From: a virus | Reading direction: 5' to 3' (one strand) | UHGV virus genome: UHGV-0225074 | DNA: 64,000 nucleotides | Part shown: positions 26,880 through 37,121 of the stretch, piece after piece | Position numbering within the stretch: the first letter of the stretch is position 1 | Layout of the letters: every line of letters starts with the position of its first letter | The notes under the pieces: generated by a model | The model's database searches: none | What the model was told of the DNA's origin: nothing | Seen by the model: only the letters and a program-made list of their open reading frames with translations | Position numbers and translations under genes: made by a program

Positions 26880-29192
26880 TTATAAAGAACAACTTTCGCA
26901 ATAAGGATCTTCAGCATCCCCGGCGATAAGTGGTGCAACAGCTCTTGTCTCTTCCTCAGCTTTTGCTTTAGCATGAAGTTCCTCAGTGAGGGAGTCTCCA
27001 GCCCCAACTTTGGAGTTTAGGTAATACCATGTCTTCATACCCATCTTCGTGGCGCGAATCAGATACCCAAGTTGTTGTTTCATGGAAATCTTACCATCCG
27101 GCAACTGGGTATAGTCGATGTAAAGATCCGCACTAATTGCCTGGCCTGCGAACTTCTGAATGATTGCATAGATATCAATCAAATCATTCGTATCGATATC
27201 CCAAGCCGACGTGTAATATTCCTTCAGCTCTTCATACTCGGGCACGATAAACAGCACAGAGCCTTGAGGAGATTTCTTGAAGATCACATGGTCACGTACC
27301 GGATACAGGCCATTTGTTGTGTTGGTAGCTAATGATGAACTTTCGTTCGGCATATAAGCTTCCAAGACACTGTTACGGATACCACCATTTTCGATGATTT
27401 CCTGGCGCAAAGTTTCCCAGTCCTGCTTCAGGCTCGGATTCTTCACGACACTATCAACCGCCTTATTATAGGTATCGATAGGCAACCAACCCTGCGGATA
27501 CTTAGTCTTATTCATCCACGGAGCAACACCACGCTCTTTAGCCAGTCGCAGACTTGCCTTATGCAGACTGAAGCTATGCAGTTCTGCCAGATCGTGAACC
27601 AACTGCTTGCTCTCAGGAGAACCATACGCGACTTTGTGTTTCGCGATGTAGTGTGCAAGGTTGGTCAGGCCAACACCAATCGAACGACGAGATTCGGCTG
27701 TGTACTTCATGTTCTCATACGGATAATCCATGATATCCATAACGTTGTCGATCATCAGGACGGTGTAGTAAGCAACATCCTCGTATTCTTCTTCGGAAAC
27801 ACGACCAGCAACCAGAGAGGCGATAAAGCACAATGCAACTTCACCATCATCGATGGTCGGGTTGAAAATATTGCGCATATCTGTATACCCTTTTGTTGGC
27901 AGACAGATTTCTTGACACAAGTTAGATGAGTAAATTGTCTCAAGGAATGGCGTATGACGGTTCATTTCGTCAGGCCAGTAAACATAAAGACGACCAGTTT
28001 CAGCACGTTGAGTGATCAGTTCCATTGCCAGATCACGAGCCTTCACCCAAGTCTTTGGAATCTTAGTATCTGCTGCTACACGGGCAACCTCAGCATCAAA
28101 CTCCTGCATTGTCATTCGGAACATACCCTCATGTAACTGAGGAGCATCCTTATATGACACCAACATCCAGTCCAGATTCTTAGCTACGCGATTCATGAAC
28201 GAGTGATTGACACCAATTGAATAGTCCATCGTGTTGATACGCTTTGAGGTAACCGTCATCGGATTACGCAGGCGCATCAGTTCTTCAACTTGCGGGTCTA
28301 ACGCAAGGAAAGACACCGTTGCAGAACCACCACGGGATTGTTGACGATTTTCCTTAACACCAACATCAATTCCACGGTAATACGGGAGTTTACCCATGTG
28401 TTTGATCGTATTGTCACGAACACCATCGCCGATAGAGCGGGAGGACAGGTAATAACCGATCCCTGCCTGTGCTACCGTCATAGTGTACGCCACTTCACGG
28501 GCAACACCAATACTTTTAGCTGTATCGTCTGCTTTGATAATGCAACAGGATGCATATCCAGTTTTACCAGTACGCAACCCATTCAGGTACGGCGTTGGTG
28601 CATTGATTTTAAGATCAGAGAGATACCTATACAGTCTGATGACGTCATTCTTCCTACGGGATAATGGCATATTCTTCATAACAGCCATAGCAATACCCAT
28701 GAACATCATCTGTGGGGATTCGAACAGGATATCATTGATGTTATCTTTGATACCATACTTATCCCGGAACTGTTTCAGAACCGCATACCCATAACTCAGG
28801 TCCTTACTGTGGTCAATGACTTGATCAAAGTTTAACAGCTCAGGTCCAGTATAGCCCATTTCTTCCCAGTACCCACGCATCACCATGTCCTGGTAAAACT
28901 CGGTAAGGCTTGGGATTTTCTTAAATCCGCCAAAAGCTTCCTTGTAGATTTGTCCAATCAGGACGCGCCCAGCCATCCGTGAATGGGCTTCGTCTTTACG
29001 ACTCACACAGGCGTCGATCAATGCCTGGTTAACTTCACGAGTGGTGCAGCCGTCATACAGTCGCTTATATGCATCCATTGAGATATACGACCAGTTACCA
29101 TTACCGTCATCACCAAAGATAGCGGCCTTGTTTAGACGTTCTGGTTCAAATGGAACCACACTACCATCACTCTTCACAACTGTATTGATCAA
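26880..29192 (-). CDS. nrdA: ribonucleotide reductase class Ia large subunit
   Basis: N-terminal ATP cone, 770 aa, conserved RNR core and C-terminal CxxC tail. Confidence 0.9.
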   Translation of the reverse strand: MINTVVKSDGSVVPFEPERLNKAAIFGDDGNGNWSYISMDAYKRLYDGCTTREVNQALIDACVSRKDEAHSRMAGRVLIGQIYKEAFGGFKKIPSLTEFYQDMVMRGYWEEMGYTGPELLNFDQVIDHSKDLSYGYAVLKQFRDKYGIKDNINDILFESPQMMFMGIAMAVMKNMPLSRRKNDVIRLYRYLSDLKINAPTPYLNGLRTGKTGYASCCIIKADDTAKSIGVAREVAYTMTVAQAGIGYYLSSRSIGDGVRDNTIKHMGKLPYYRGIDVGVKENRQQSRGGSATVSFLALDPQVEELMRLRNPMTVTSKRINTMDYSIGVNHSFMNRVAKNLDWMLVSYKDAPQLHEGMFRMTMQEFDAEVARVAADTKIPKTWVKARDLAMELITQRAETGRLYVYWPDEMNRHTPFLETIYSSNLCQEICLPTKGYTDMRNIFNPTIDDGEVALCFIASLVAGRVSEEEYEDVAYYTVLMIDNVMDIMDYPYENMKYTAESRRSIGVGLTNLAHYIAKHKVAYGSPESKQLVHDLAELHSFSLHKASLRLAKERGVAPWMNKTKYPQGWLPIDTYNKAVDSVVKNPSLKQDWETLRQEIIENGGIRNSVLEAYMPNESSSLATNTTNGLYPVRDHVIFKKSPQGSVLFIVPEYEELKEYYTSAWDIDTNDLIDIYAIIQKFAGQAISADLYIDYTQLPDGKISMKQQLGYLIRATKMGMKTWYYLNSKVGAGDSLTEELHAKAKAEEETRAVAPLIAGDAEDPYCESCSL

Positions 29193-29201
29193 ACTTTCCC
29201 C

Positions 29202-29432
29202 TTATTCTTCTTCAAATTGAGACAAAAACGCATCTGCCTCGTCAACATCCTGATCGTCTTTCTCGTTTTGATCTGGCGCAACGATGTTAACTATTTTACC
29301 AGAAAACTCATCATAGTAAACATCGTCGTACATTTTACTGTCATCGGTTAAATCGTTGAAGTAGAGCCACCCGGCATAATGATGCTTATCATCGAAGCCA
29401 CGGTCTTTCCATTTCGTTTTTTCTTTACTCAT
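29202..29432 (-). CDS. acidic hypothetical protein (76 aa)
   Basis: ORF. Confidence 0.45.
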   Translation of the reverse strand: MSKEKTKWKDRGFDDKHHYAGWLYFNDLTDDSKMYDDVYYDEFSGKIVNIVAPDQNEKDDQDVDEADAFLSQFEEE

Positions 29433-29938
29433 TCGTCCTCCAGGCCAAATACATCGCCCAGACGAGCTTCGTCTTCAATATCGAAAGTGATTTCAAATGT
29501 CTCTGGTCGATCCCCTCGCTTGGTATACTTGCGGGTGTTAACTTTTTCAGTTACAGGGATGTCGTAAGGAAGATCTAAAACAAATTCCATATCACTGCCT
29601 GAATAAACCCCTACATCAAGGATTTCAACACCGTTGTATATCTTCGCGTATTTATAATCAGGTCGCATTTCTCCGACAAAAATCATTGTCTTACGATACG
29701 TCGATGGCATATTGGCACATCTTACATTTTTGTTTTGGAACACAGTTACGTGTTTAGGATTCCCATCTTTATCGGTAACCTGAAAACCGAGTGCGTATAA
29801 GGCAGCGCGGAGGTCATTATCTTTCTGAACATCAAATCCTGGGACCGTTCTCAGGAAGTCAATGGTGACCGAAATATGTTGTGGTGGCTTGCGTTTCTCT
29901 TTACTCATGTAATCTCCATTCTGCCTGACAAGGGGCAA
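29429..29938 (-). CDS. hypothetical protein (169 aa)
   Basis: ORF; promoter-like TTGACA-17-TATCTT upstream. Confidence 0.45.
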   Translation of the reverse strand: MPLVRQNGDYMSKEKRKPPQHISVTIDFLRTVPGFDVQKDNDLRAALYALGFQVTDKDGNPKHVTVFQNKNVRCANMPSTYRKTMIFVGEMRPDYKYAKIYNGVEILDVGVYSGSDMEFVLDLPYDIPVTEKVNTRKYTKRGDRPETFEITFDIEDEARLGDVFGLEDE

Positions 29939-29988
29939 AATCGCCCCTAATTAATATGCTTCTAAGATACGAATTAACGATATCTTTG

Positions 29989-30987
29989 TCAACCTGAAAT
30001 TGCATTGTCAGGCACTAACTGGCGATGTTGTCGCCAACCACGCAGGTTACCGGACCAAAGTTGCCCTTGACGATCTGCGTGTGTGATACCTTCTTCCCAA
30101 GAGCTTGGGTCACGGGGAAAGTTAATATGTCCGATAGTTAAATAATCAGAGTTCTCAATTTCCCTGTATTCTGTCATGGGTGTGGCCTGATGTTCGAATG
30201 GTGAGGCATGAACCTTGTTACCACTGATCAACTTCTCGTAGATATCCAAGGCCTTTTCTTTGCTCGTATTCAGAACACGATAAGATACCTGGGCACAACA
30301 AGATGCGGAAACAGACAAAGCCTCTTCCAGAGTCAACATTACAGGCTTGTTCTCTTCGTCAAGAACACAATAGCCTTCAAATACTGCACACTCTTTGTCG
30401 TCGATATCTTCAAAGCCATAAACGTGGTCAACGTATGGTGTATGCCACTGTCCCGGTTCAAGAGGGTCTGGGATAGAGTTATCGCTAGCCTCTTTCATTG
30501 CCTTAGCCAGTTCATAGATCGTAGGATCAGCATCCGGGTCAACACGCAACCAGAAGAAGTTATTCCAGTCTGTAGCGGTGACAACTGTCTTCATTCTTTG
30601 GTATGGTTCCAGAAGGCGGTTTGCAATCTGCTTGTGATAACCCGCATCTGCAAATTCTGCTGCAAACCGGGCTGCACTAAGTCCTGCGAGTTTCCACCAC
30701 TCTTCTGCCGAGTACCCATCACCAAGCTGTGCTGAGTGCTCCCCGGCATCCTGCATTCCAGGTTGGTTCTTACCAAACTTCACAGGCATTGCAGGATTTT
30801 GCTGAACCTGCTCGATCATTTTCTTAATCGGAATAGCACGACTGCTCATTGCATTTCGACTTAACAGTCGGTGAGTCATCAGCTCACTATGGATTATTCG
30901 TGGGTATTCAAGTTCGAAGGTTATGATTCGAATGCCTGAAGGAGAAATGCTGTCAGCTACAATTTTTACGGAAATCAAATTACTCAC
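29989..30987 (-). CDS. thyX: flavin-dependent thymidylate synthase (ThyX family)
   Basis: HR-x7-S ThyX-like motif (THRLLSRNAMSS) and overall ThyX-like N-terminus. Confidence 0.65.
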   Translation of the reverse strand: MSNLISVKIVADSISPSGIRIITFELEYPRIIHSELMTHRLLSRNAMSSRAIPIKKMIEQVQQNPAMPVKFGKNQPGMQDAGEHSAQLGDGYSAEEWWKLAGLSAARFAAEFADAGYHKQIANRLLEPYQRMKTVVTATDWNNFFWLRVDPDADPTIYELAKAMKEASDNSIPDPLEPGQWHTPYVDHVYGFEDIDDKECAVFEGYCVLDEENKPVMLTLEEALSVSASCCAQVSYRVLNTSKEKALDIYEKLISGNKVHASPFEHQATPMTEYREIENSDYLTIGHINFPRDPSSWEEGITHADRQGQLWSGNLRGWRQHRQLVPDNAISG

Positions 30988-31297
30988 TCATTGCTCCTAA
31001 TTTCTCAATAATCTTGTCTTGGTTTTCAGCCATACGGGCGGCGACGGCAGTTTCAACTAACAGGTCAAGTTCAGCAAGACGGTCTTTGTATTTGATCTGG
31101 GGGGTAATAATCTCTTCCAGCTCGCGGAGAGAGAATAAGTTCAGATAGACGTCATCAAAAAGACCTTTATTAAAATCCGCATCAATCCCCATGATATCCG
31201 CAGTCAGTCCTGTACCTGGGAACATACCTTCAATAACACGATTCACACGAGCCGTTGCTTGTGTACGGATGTGTTCCGCCATTTCATCCTTTGTCAT
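30980..31297 (-). CDS. hypothetical protein (105 aa)
   Basis: ORF. Confidence 0.45.
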   Translation of the reverse strand: MTKDEMAEHIRTQATARVNRVIEGMFPGTGLTADIMGIDADFNKGLFDDVYLNLFSLRELEEIITPQIKYKDRLAELDLLVETAVAARMAENQDKIIEKLGAMSE

Positions 31298-31494
31298 TTT
31301 CCAACCCTCTTAATTTTGTAGTTAACATTTGGATCAAGGTCTGCCTTGAACACCAAGTAGCGGTTAAGCACATTCTTACACATGTCGCTTGTCGCTTTGA
31401 ATGAGTACACGAAATTATCCTTCTCATCGAATACTTCGTACCACTTACCCTGACGGACGATGAAATCACCGCCCTCGCATCTATTCCTTTTCAT
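31294..31494 (-). CDS. hypothetical protein (66 aa)
   Basis: ORF. Confidence 0.4.
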   Translation of the reverse strand: MKRNRCEGGDFIVRQGKWYEVFDEKDNFVYSFKATSDMCKNVLNRYLVFKADLDPNVNYKIKRVGK

Positions 31495-32153
31495 CAGGAG
31501 AGGTCCAGAATAAAGTCCTGAATATGACTCCAGTCGGATGTCTCAAGGTCAATCGAGACTTTCAACTCCTCAGATTGGTCATACGGAGTCCAGAACTTAA
31601 TCTTAAGTACGTCATCTCCGAACTGATTCAGGAATTCATTGCGATCATCAATAATGACGTCAAGCTTAAGACCTGCTTTGTTCTTCGTCGCATAAAAACC
31701 ATGACCAGAACCCGGCTCAAGGCTGAAGAACTCTTCTGTCTCACGTTTCAAGAAGCGTACCTTAGACGAAAAGTGTCCCTTTTTGCAGTATGATACAAAT
31801 TGGTTGAAGTGACCAGCTTCAGCAAATGCGGCCACTGCTTCAACAGCGCCAGGGCGTGGTTTCAGCCTATCGTACAAATAAGGATCTTCCCAGAACTCAT
31901 ACGGAGGTAATTGATTCACCTTCGCGGGTGGAAAATATTTAGAAAGATTATAGTAAGTCTTCCCCTGTGGGTTCGGGGGTGGCAAACTACAGTCTGCCTT
32001 AACGCCATACATCAGTTCCAACCAATGAAGCCAAGGAGTACCAGAATCTACAAACGTCAGATCGACATCAATACCGATATTCAGCGATTTACGCATCATC
32101 TTCTCCATAGCTAATTGTTCTTGCCCACTCAAGGATCTCTTCTGCACAGTCAA
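31494..32153 (-). CDS. HAD-family phosphatase / putative 5'-nucleotidase
   Basis: IGIDVDLTF fits HAD motif I DxDxT. Confidence 0.4.
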   Translation of the reverse strand: MTVQKRSLSGQEQLAMEKMMRKSLNIGIDVDLTFVDSGTPWLHWLELMYGVKADCSLPPPNPQGKTYYNLSKYFPPAKVNQLPPYEFWEDPYLYDRLKPRPGAVEAVAAFAEAGHFNQFVSYCKKGHFSSKVRFLKRETEEFFSLEPGSGHGFYATKNKAGLKLDVIIDDRNEFLNQFGDDVLKIKFWTPYDQSEELKVSIDLETSDWSHIQDFILDLS

Positions 32154-32694
32154 TCATACCACCCTCTTTGTTATCGAAGTCACGTTCATGACCCCGGATA
32201 CCATCAAGATATAACCAGTTACGACTGTCATTCCCCCAATCATAACCTTTTCGGTGGATACGTGCAAGGAAGAATTCCCCACCAGTCGAGTATGCATAAT
32301 CGGACAATTCTTTGATTTCTTCAGCAAAACCACCATCAGAGAATACAATCACCTCGTCGTTGGCATAGGTCTGTTTCAGCTTTTCCACAGCAGCTTTACC
32401 GAATGCTGACTTTCCGAACAACGGCTTGATTACCTTCTCAGAGCAATGGATCATCCATTCTCGGGGAGAAACAAAGAAGCCGTCTATCATCAGGTAAGGT
32501 GTTGGTTTCTCTTTGTAGCGGCGCGTGTATAGAGAGTCCCATAGCTCGCGAGAGATACCTGCACTTCGAACAGCGACCTCAAAAAGGAGTTCCTTCACCT
32601 CTTCGTGGTTGATGTTGGGGTTTCCTTTGCACAGATATGCGGAAATCTCATCTTTACCGCTTTGTGGCGGAGCGTTTAATACTATTATATCCAT
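32089..32694 (-). CDS. dNMP kinase-like P-loop kinase
   Basis: MDIIVLNAPPQSGKDE resembles the N-terminus of T4 dNMP kinase. Confidence 0.45.
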   Translation of the reverse strand: MDIIVLNAPPQSGKDEISAYLCKGNPNINHEEVKELLFEVAVRSAGISRELWDSLYTRRYKEKPTPYLMIDGFFVSPREWMIHCSEKVIKPLFGKSAFGKAAVEKLKQTYANDEVIVFSDGGFAEEIKELSDYAYSTGGEFFLARIHRKGYDWGNDSRNWLYLDGIRGHERDFDNKEGGMIDCAEEILEWARTISYGEDDA

Positions 32695-32885
32695 CAGGCC
32701 CCCGTATACTCGCGAAGTGCATCCACGAGATCAAGCGTTTCATCGTGCAGTCGATACCCTGTTTCATCTATAGACCCCGACAGATCCTCAAGCTTATCTG
32801 CCAAAGAGCGGATCTGTTTTTGAAGCCACTCAATGTCTTCCCATTCAGGGATGTCAATCTCTAAAGCTCTTCCACGTCTGATCAT
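32694..32885 (-). CDS. hypothetical protein (63 aa)
   Basis: ORF. Confidence 0.4.
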   Translation of the reverse strand: MIRRGRALEIDIPEWEDIEWLQKQIRSLADKLEDLSGSIDETGYRLHDETLDLVDALREYTGA

Positions 32886-32923
32886 TCTCTCTCTCTCCTT
32901 AAAAAGGGCCGAAGCCCTTAAAG

Positions 32924-33865
32924 TTAAACCAAAATATTAGACAGCAGTTGCGATCGTTTCTCTTTCGAGAGGAGGTTTGTTCTCCCACGACGCTGTTGCC
33001 CGGTGACCTTGTGACGGTAACGTTGGTACTTGCCAAGGTTGGTGTAATGGAAACCATCCTCTATCCACTCGCTCATATCAAGAACACCATCAACATAAAG
33101 ATCGAAGTTAGGCAGACGAGAATCCCACGGCATGAAGATTTCGTACAACTCTTGGTTCGATAAAACGTCGAACTTGTTATACTCTTCCATTTCATCCCAA
33201 GCCTCGGGGTTACCTTTCAAGCACTCATCCCACAGCAGGTGTCCTGGGAACTTGGTGTGCTTAGACTTCTTGTATTTCGTACACAGGCGATCGGTCAGAT
33301 ATTCCAGCTTGTTGGAGGTGAATCCAAACAGGGCTTTGGCGATAAGCATGGTATCGATAATACGGAAGGTTGATGGCTTATCCATTCCATTCAATAGGAA
33401 ACGAGCATTGACCTTCTTAATGTCGAACTTACGGACATTATGCCCAACAACAAAATCCGCTTCATCAAGCAAGTCCCACAGGTCTTGAAGAATAGATGCA
33501 TCACTTTCCTTATCGTAGTTATCACGGATATCGCGATAAATGACCTCGTCCTGGTCAGCCCATTTGGCTACGAAAGATAGCATGTACCAGTCAGAAACCA
33601 GCTGGTTCAATCCAATCCCGTTCTGCCAAAGACTCCAGAGATGTCCCTTCAGCGGCGCGGTCTCGATGTCTAAGAACAGGATTTTAGCTTTCTTATAATC
33701 AGATACTAAGGACTTTGTCAAAGGCGTAGACTCTGCGCTATGACGCTTAAGAACCAAACGGATGTATGACTCTCTCGACTCTTTTCCAAGGAATGTGCGA
33801 GCAATTTCACGGTTACTCATTCCGCTTTCATGAAGTTCTATAATCTTTTTATCTACAGGTAGCAT
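32924..33865 (-). CDS. DEDD-family 3'-5' exonuclease with N-terminal HTH
   Basis: LFLDIETAP and GHNVRKFD exonuclease motifs; N-terminal HTH-like SNREIARTF. Confidence 0.55.
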   Translation of the reverse strand: MLPVDKKIIELHESGMSNREIARTFLGKESRESYIRLVLKRHSAESTPLTKSLVSDYKKAKILFLDIETAPLKGHLWSLWQNGIGLNQLVSDWYMLSFVAKWADQDEVIYRDIRDNYDKESDASILQDLWDLLDEADFVVGHNVRKFDIKKVNARFLLNGMDKPSTFRIIDTMLIAKALFGFTSNKLEYLTDRLCTKYKKSKHTKFPGHLLWDECLKGNPEAWDEMEEYNKFDVLSNQELYEIFMPWDSRLPNFDLYVDGVLDMSEWIEDGFHYTNLGKYQRYRHKVTGQQRRGRTNLLSKEKRSQLLSNILV

Positions 33866-34068
33866 TACACCTCTCGGACGAATTCAATGATATCATTCAC
33901 AGCGAAATCTCTAAAGTCTTGTTTATCGAGGTCATAACCTCTAATAAACCATTGAGAGTTCTTGTGATACTGGGTAGACCCATACCACATGACGGGTTCT
34001 TCTACAGTACGATATCCGCACTTACCTCGCCAATTTCTGTAAAAGAATTTAAGTGGTTTCTTTGGCAT
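33865..34068 (-). CDS. hypothetical protein (67 aa)
   Basis: ORF. Confidence 0.4.
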   Translation of the reverse strand: MPKKPLKFFYRNWRGKCGYRTVEEPVMWYGSTQYHKNSQWFIRGYDLDKQDFRDFAVNDIIEFVREV

Positions 34069-34543
34069 GTTTTTCCTCCGTCTGCTTGACGAACTCTGTA
34101 AGGTATAGCAAGAGGCTGTCTTGTTTCTGAGTACCTTCGGGGATAATTATGCCAAGGTCCGCCTTAGCTCTTTCAATTATCTTCTCGTTGGTGCATCTTC
34201 TCAAAAACTTCAACATATCGTTCTTAAACCCGCCGTGAAGCGGATAGCCACTGAAGTCTTGCTCTAAGTAATCTGCCAAATTTCTAAGAGCGGTGGATAA
34301 CGACGTCTGAGTATTCTCTGAAACGTACTTCATCCAAGCCTTCAGGACATATCCCTCAAAAGTATTCACGCACTGACTAAGGACACCTCTGCATTTACCT
34401 TCGAAATGGTCATGATCCAAGCACGGCTTACGAAGTGGCTCGCCGAGTATAGGATCTAACCCTTGCTGCTCCAGAATCAATTTGTTTCTGAAAGCAGCAA
34501 TCTGCTTTGCATCTTTCACCCAAAGTTCCGGTGTTAATGGCAC
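34049..34543 (-). CDS. endonuclease VII-like Holliday junction resolvase
   Basis: CLDHDHFEGKCRGVLSQCVNTFEG matches the T4 gp49 HLDHDH ... RGLLC.LCN..EG region. Confidence 0.7.
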   Translation of the reverse strand: MPLTPELWVKDAKQIAAFRNKLILEQQGLDPILGEPLRKPCLDHDHFEGKCRGVLSQCVNTFEGYVLKAWMKYVSENTQTSLSTALRNLADYLEQDFSGYPLHGGFKNDMLKFLRRCTNEKIIERAKADLGIIIPEGTQKQDSLLLYLTEFVKQTEEKHAKETT

Positions 34544-34587
34544 AACTACTGGCTTCTTCCTTGCTTTTGGTTTGGATGCTCGACTCT

Positions 34588-35202
34588 TTATTCTTTTCCT
34601 ACGGATATATCCTCCAAGAACTTCTTCCCTATCAAATATGCATCTGCGTAGTCAGCCTTTCCGGCGGCAAGAGTCATTCCGTCAAGCCAACCTGGGAAAT
34701 CACAATCTACGGCTCTCACCATGTGCGATTTTTCCATTTTAACCTGACCTGTGGAGTATACCTTTTTCCCGGTCTTTTTGTCAACCTTTTCTTTAACAAC
34801 TGTGCGTTCTGATTCAGGCAAAAGTGCTCTGGCATAAGCCTTCACAGAGGTAGGGGCTACAGTATGGATCGCTTGATACCCCAAAATTGCTGACTGATAC
34901 AACCCGTACACAATACAGTAGAACAGACCAGCCAAATCCCGAGTGGCGCTGCCGATAGAACTAAGGCTAAGGGCTTCCATAACATATTTGTCAATCCGAT
35001 GTTCTTCAGCCAAAGTAAGGATTCTGCCAACAATGAACCTAATCTGTTCATGAACATTGTCAAAATAAATAACATCCTTGTTTTTCTTGCTCTTGCTATT
35101 GTTTGAGCCTGTTCTGATCATTTCCCGGTAAACAGGCACTCCATCATCGAATATGACAACAGCACAATGGCTAAGACTCTGATCAACCGACATCAGCTTC
35201 AT
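34588..35202 (-). CDS. RNase H-like fold (RuvC-like) nuclease, putative
   Basis: N-terminal SVDQS ... D ... E acidic pattern. Confidence 0.3.
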   Translation of the reverse strand: MKLMSVDQSLSHCAVVIFDDGVPVYREMIRTGSNNSKSKKNKDVIYFDNVHEQIRFIVGRILTLAEEHRIDKYVMEALSLSSIGSATRDLAGLFYCIVYGLYQSAILGYQAIHTVAPTSVKAYARALLPESERTVVKEKVDKKTGKKVYSTGQVKMEKSHMVRAVDCDFPGWLDGMTLAAGKADYADAYLIGKKFLEDISVGKE

Positions 35203-35503
35203 CGGTTACCTCCGAGTCATTTTGGTCCTTGAAGACAACAAGCGAGAATTCTTGAGTGTCTAGCAAAACGCTTGTTAACATCAACAGCCTCTCACCTTCT
35301 ACCAGCTCGCAATCATCCAGAAGCAATACGGTGAATGCAACATTCGGATCAGTATAGTCATCAGTGAAAATCACATAGCAATCATCACCAGACTCAACCA
35401 TGCGCCACAATCCTGTGGCGACTAAGAATTTACCCTTGACGCTGGGAACAGCCAGCGCCTCAGCATCCCTCATAACTGCCTGCATGATTAAGTTATCAAT
35501 CAT
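35183..35503 (-). CDS. acidic hypothetical protein (106 aa)
   Basis: ORF. Confidence 0.45.
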   Translation of the reverse strand: MIDNLIMQAVMRDAEALAVPSVKGKFLVATGLWRMVESGDDCYVIFTDDYTDPNVAFTVLLLDDCELVEGERLLMLTSVLLDTQEFSLVVFKDQNDSEVTDEADVG

Positions 35504-36633
35504 ATAACCCCCACACGACGTAACTCGCTTGAAAGGGTTGTCTTATCATTTGCAGAACGTTTCATGTAGACCATCTGGAAAATGATAGATGCCCACTGAC
35601 CTGCACTCATTTTCCGTTGTGTGCCGTCCCACGAAGTGAACTCAACACCGTTCGGGAACCAGGTTTTATACTGGTTAATGATCGCTTGCCACATGGATTT
35701 CTCATCCTGAAGGTGTCCGATCAGGTTGAATGCAGCCGTATCACCGAAACGTCCAGCGATATCGAAACACTGGTAAGGCTTGATGTTATCTGAGCTATCA
35801 CCGCAAAGCATCTGGTAACCGAAGAACTTACGTCCCCATCCCTTGACCTTGCTACCTTCCATCCAGATCTCACCCATAGAATCATCGATTAACATAGGGA
35901 TCGGGTGCTTCCATGTCTTCTCTTCTGAATCGCGCATAGTATCGAAGATAAGTCCAGGATTTCCTTTCTGGTCTTTATCAAATGATGCCACGATGTAGTT
36001 GAACTTCCCGGTCTTCTGGTAATTCTCCCACCCCATGTAGGCAAGAACAGACAAATAATCATCTGCTTCAACACCATTGATCACCTTGGCGTTATACTTC
36101 CGGGTAACATAATCCCTTGTTTCCTGAAGAAGGAGTGGGCGTAATGTATCCTCACGATTACCCTTGTAACGCTCTGGAGCTGGGAGCATAAGGCGGAAGT
36201 TACCCTCACCACCAAGTACACCCATCCCTGTATTGCTTTCCATCTCAAGGTGTTCAAAGATAGCATTGATCTTTGTCTTCAGGATATGAAGGCAGTTTTC
36301 TACAGGTTCCGGTTCCTGAATGTCTTTAATCGTGAAGTCATCCCTACCCCACGGTACAAACACTCGGCCTTCGGCCTTTGCCTTCGCCTCCATGTTCATG
36401 TTTTGGTCTTTGATCCATCCACCGACAACTTTCTTTGTCGATCCCCAAAACTCAGTCCTGTTTTTGAAAATCTTTGTTCTTCCAGACTCAATGTGAGTGA
36501 CCTCAATTGTACGCTTTTCAGCACCAGCAGCTGATACAAAGCATGTCTGGTCGAGATCCAAAGCTAATACGCAGTCTTTTGTGACTTTATTTTTCCAATC
36601 TTTATCATACGGATATCCCACTAGCCCTCTCAA
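35500..36633 (-). CDS. flap endonuclease / 5'-3' exonuclease (RNase H-type)
   Basis: YKGNRE and GVEADD FEN motifs. Confidence 0.75.
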   Translation of the reverse strand: MRGLVGYPYDKDWKNKVTKDCVLALDLDQTCFVSAAGAEKRTIEVTHIESGRTKIFKNRTEFWGSTKKVVGGWIKDQNMNMEAKAKAEGRVFVPWGRDDFTIKDIQEPEPVENCLHILKTKINAIFEHLEMESNTGMGVLGGEGNFRLMLPAPERYKGNREDTLRPLLLQETRDYVTRKYNAKVINGVEADDYLSVLAYMGWENYQKTGKFNYIVASFDKDQKGNPGLIFDTMRDSEEKTWKHPIPMLIDDSMGEIWMEGSKVKGWGRKFFGYQMLCGDSSDNIKPYQCFDIAGRFGDTAAFNLIGHLQDEKSMWQAIINQYKTWFPNGVEFTSWDGTQRKMSAGQWASIIFQMVYMKRSANDKTTLSSELRRVGVI

Positions 36634-37121
36634 TCTTTACTCAAATACTCGTCCAAATACCGGACATCCAATTCCCACTTTTCGCGCTTGCTTCGCTCAT
36701 GATACAAATCAAACGCTTCCTTAACATATTTCTCTGCCACAGGGCGACTAACTTCATTCACTCTCATAAAGTGACGAAGGGCAATTTCACCACGCCCACG
36801 GATCCCTGCCAAACCAATATGCTTGACTTCATGACAGGAAGGACATAGCGCGATTAAACCTATCAGAGTTATCTTACCGTCTCCGAAATTCCACTTCTCA
36901 TGGCATTCAACAGGGTGTTTTGTTCCTTTACCCCCGCAGATTTCACATCGATAATTGGCCTTCGCATAACACTTCTTTCTGACAACATCCCACTGGGCTT
37001 TGGGGAGACGAGATCGGAGATTAGTAAACCACGCGGTCTTTGGAACTAGTTCAATCTCTAATTTCAAATCACCTCCACGTTGCAGCAACAACAATATCAA
37101 TAGCTCGTTCCCAGCACTCAC
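36630..37121 (-). CDS. zinc-binding HNH-like protein (start uncertain)
   Basis: CEICGG ... HEKW ... CPSCHEVKH; overlaps NADAR 3' end. Confidence 0.4.
   Translation of the reverse strand: MSAGNELLILLLLQRGGDLKLEIELVPKTAWFTNLRSRLPKAQWDVVRKKCYAKANYRCEICGGKGTKHPVECHEKWNFGDGKITLIGLIALCPSCHEVKHIGLAGIRGRGEIALRHFMRVNEVSRPVAEKYVKEAFDLYHERSKREKWELDVRYLDEYLSKD

Noticed and set aside
26880-29192. Checked nrdA, nrdB and thyX for inteins or group I introns, as in T4 nrdB and td
   Set aside because: Protein lengths (770, 362 and 332 aa) match intron-less and intein-less homologs, and no interrupted reading frames were seen.
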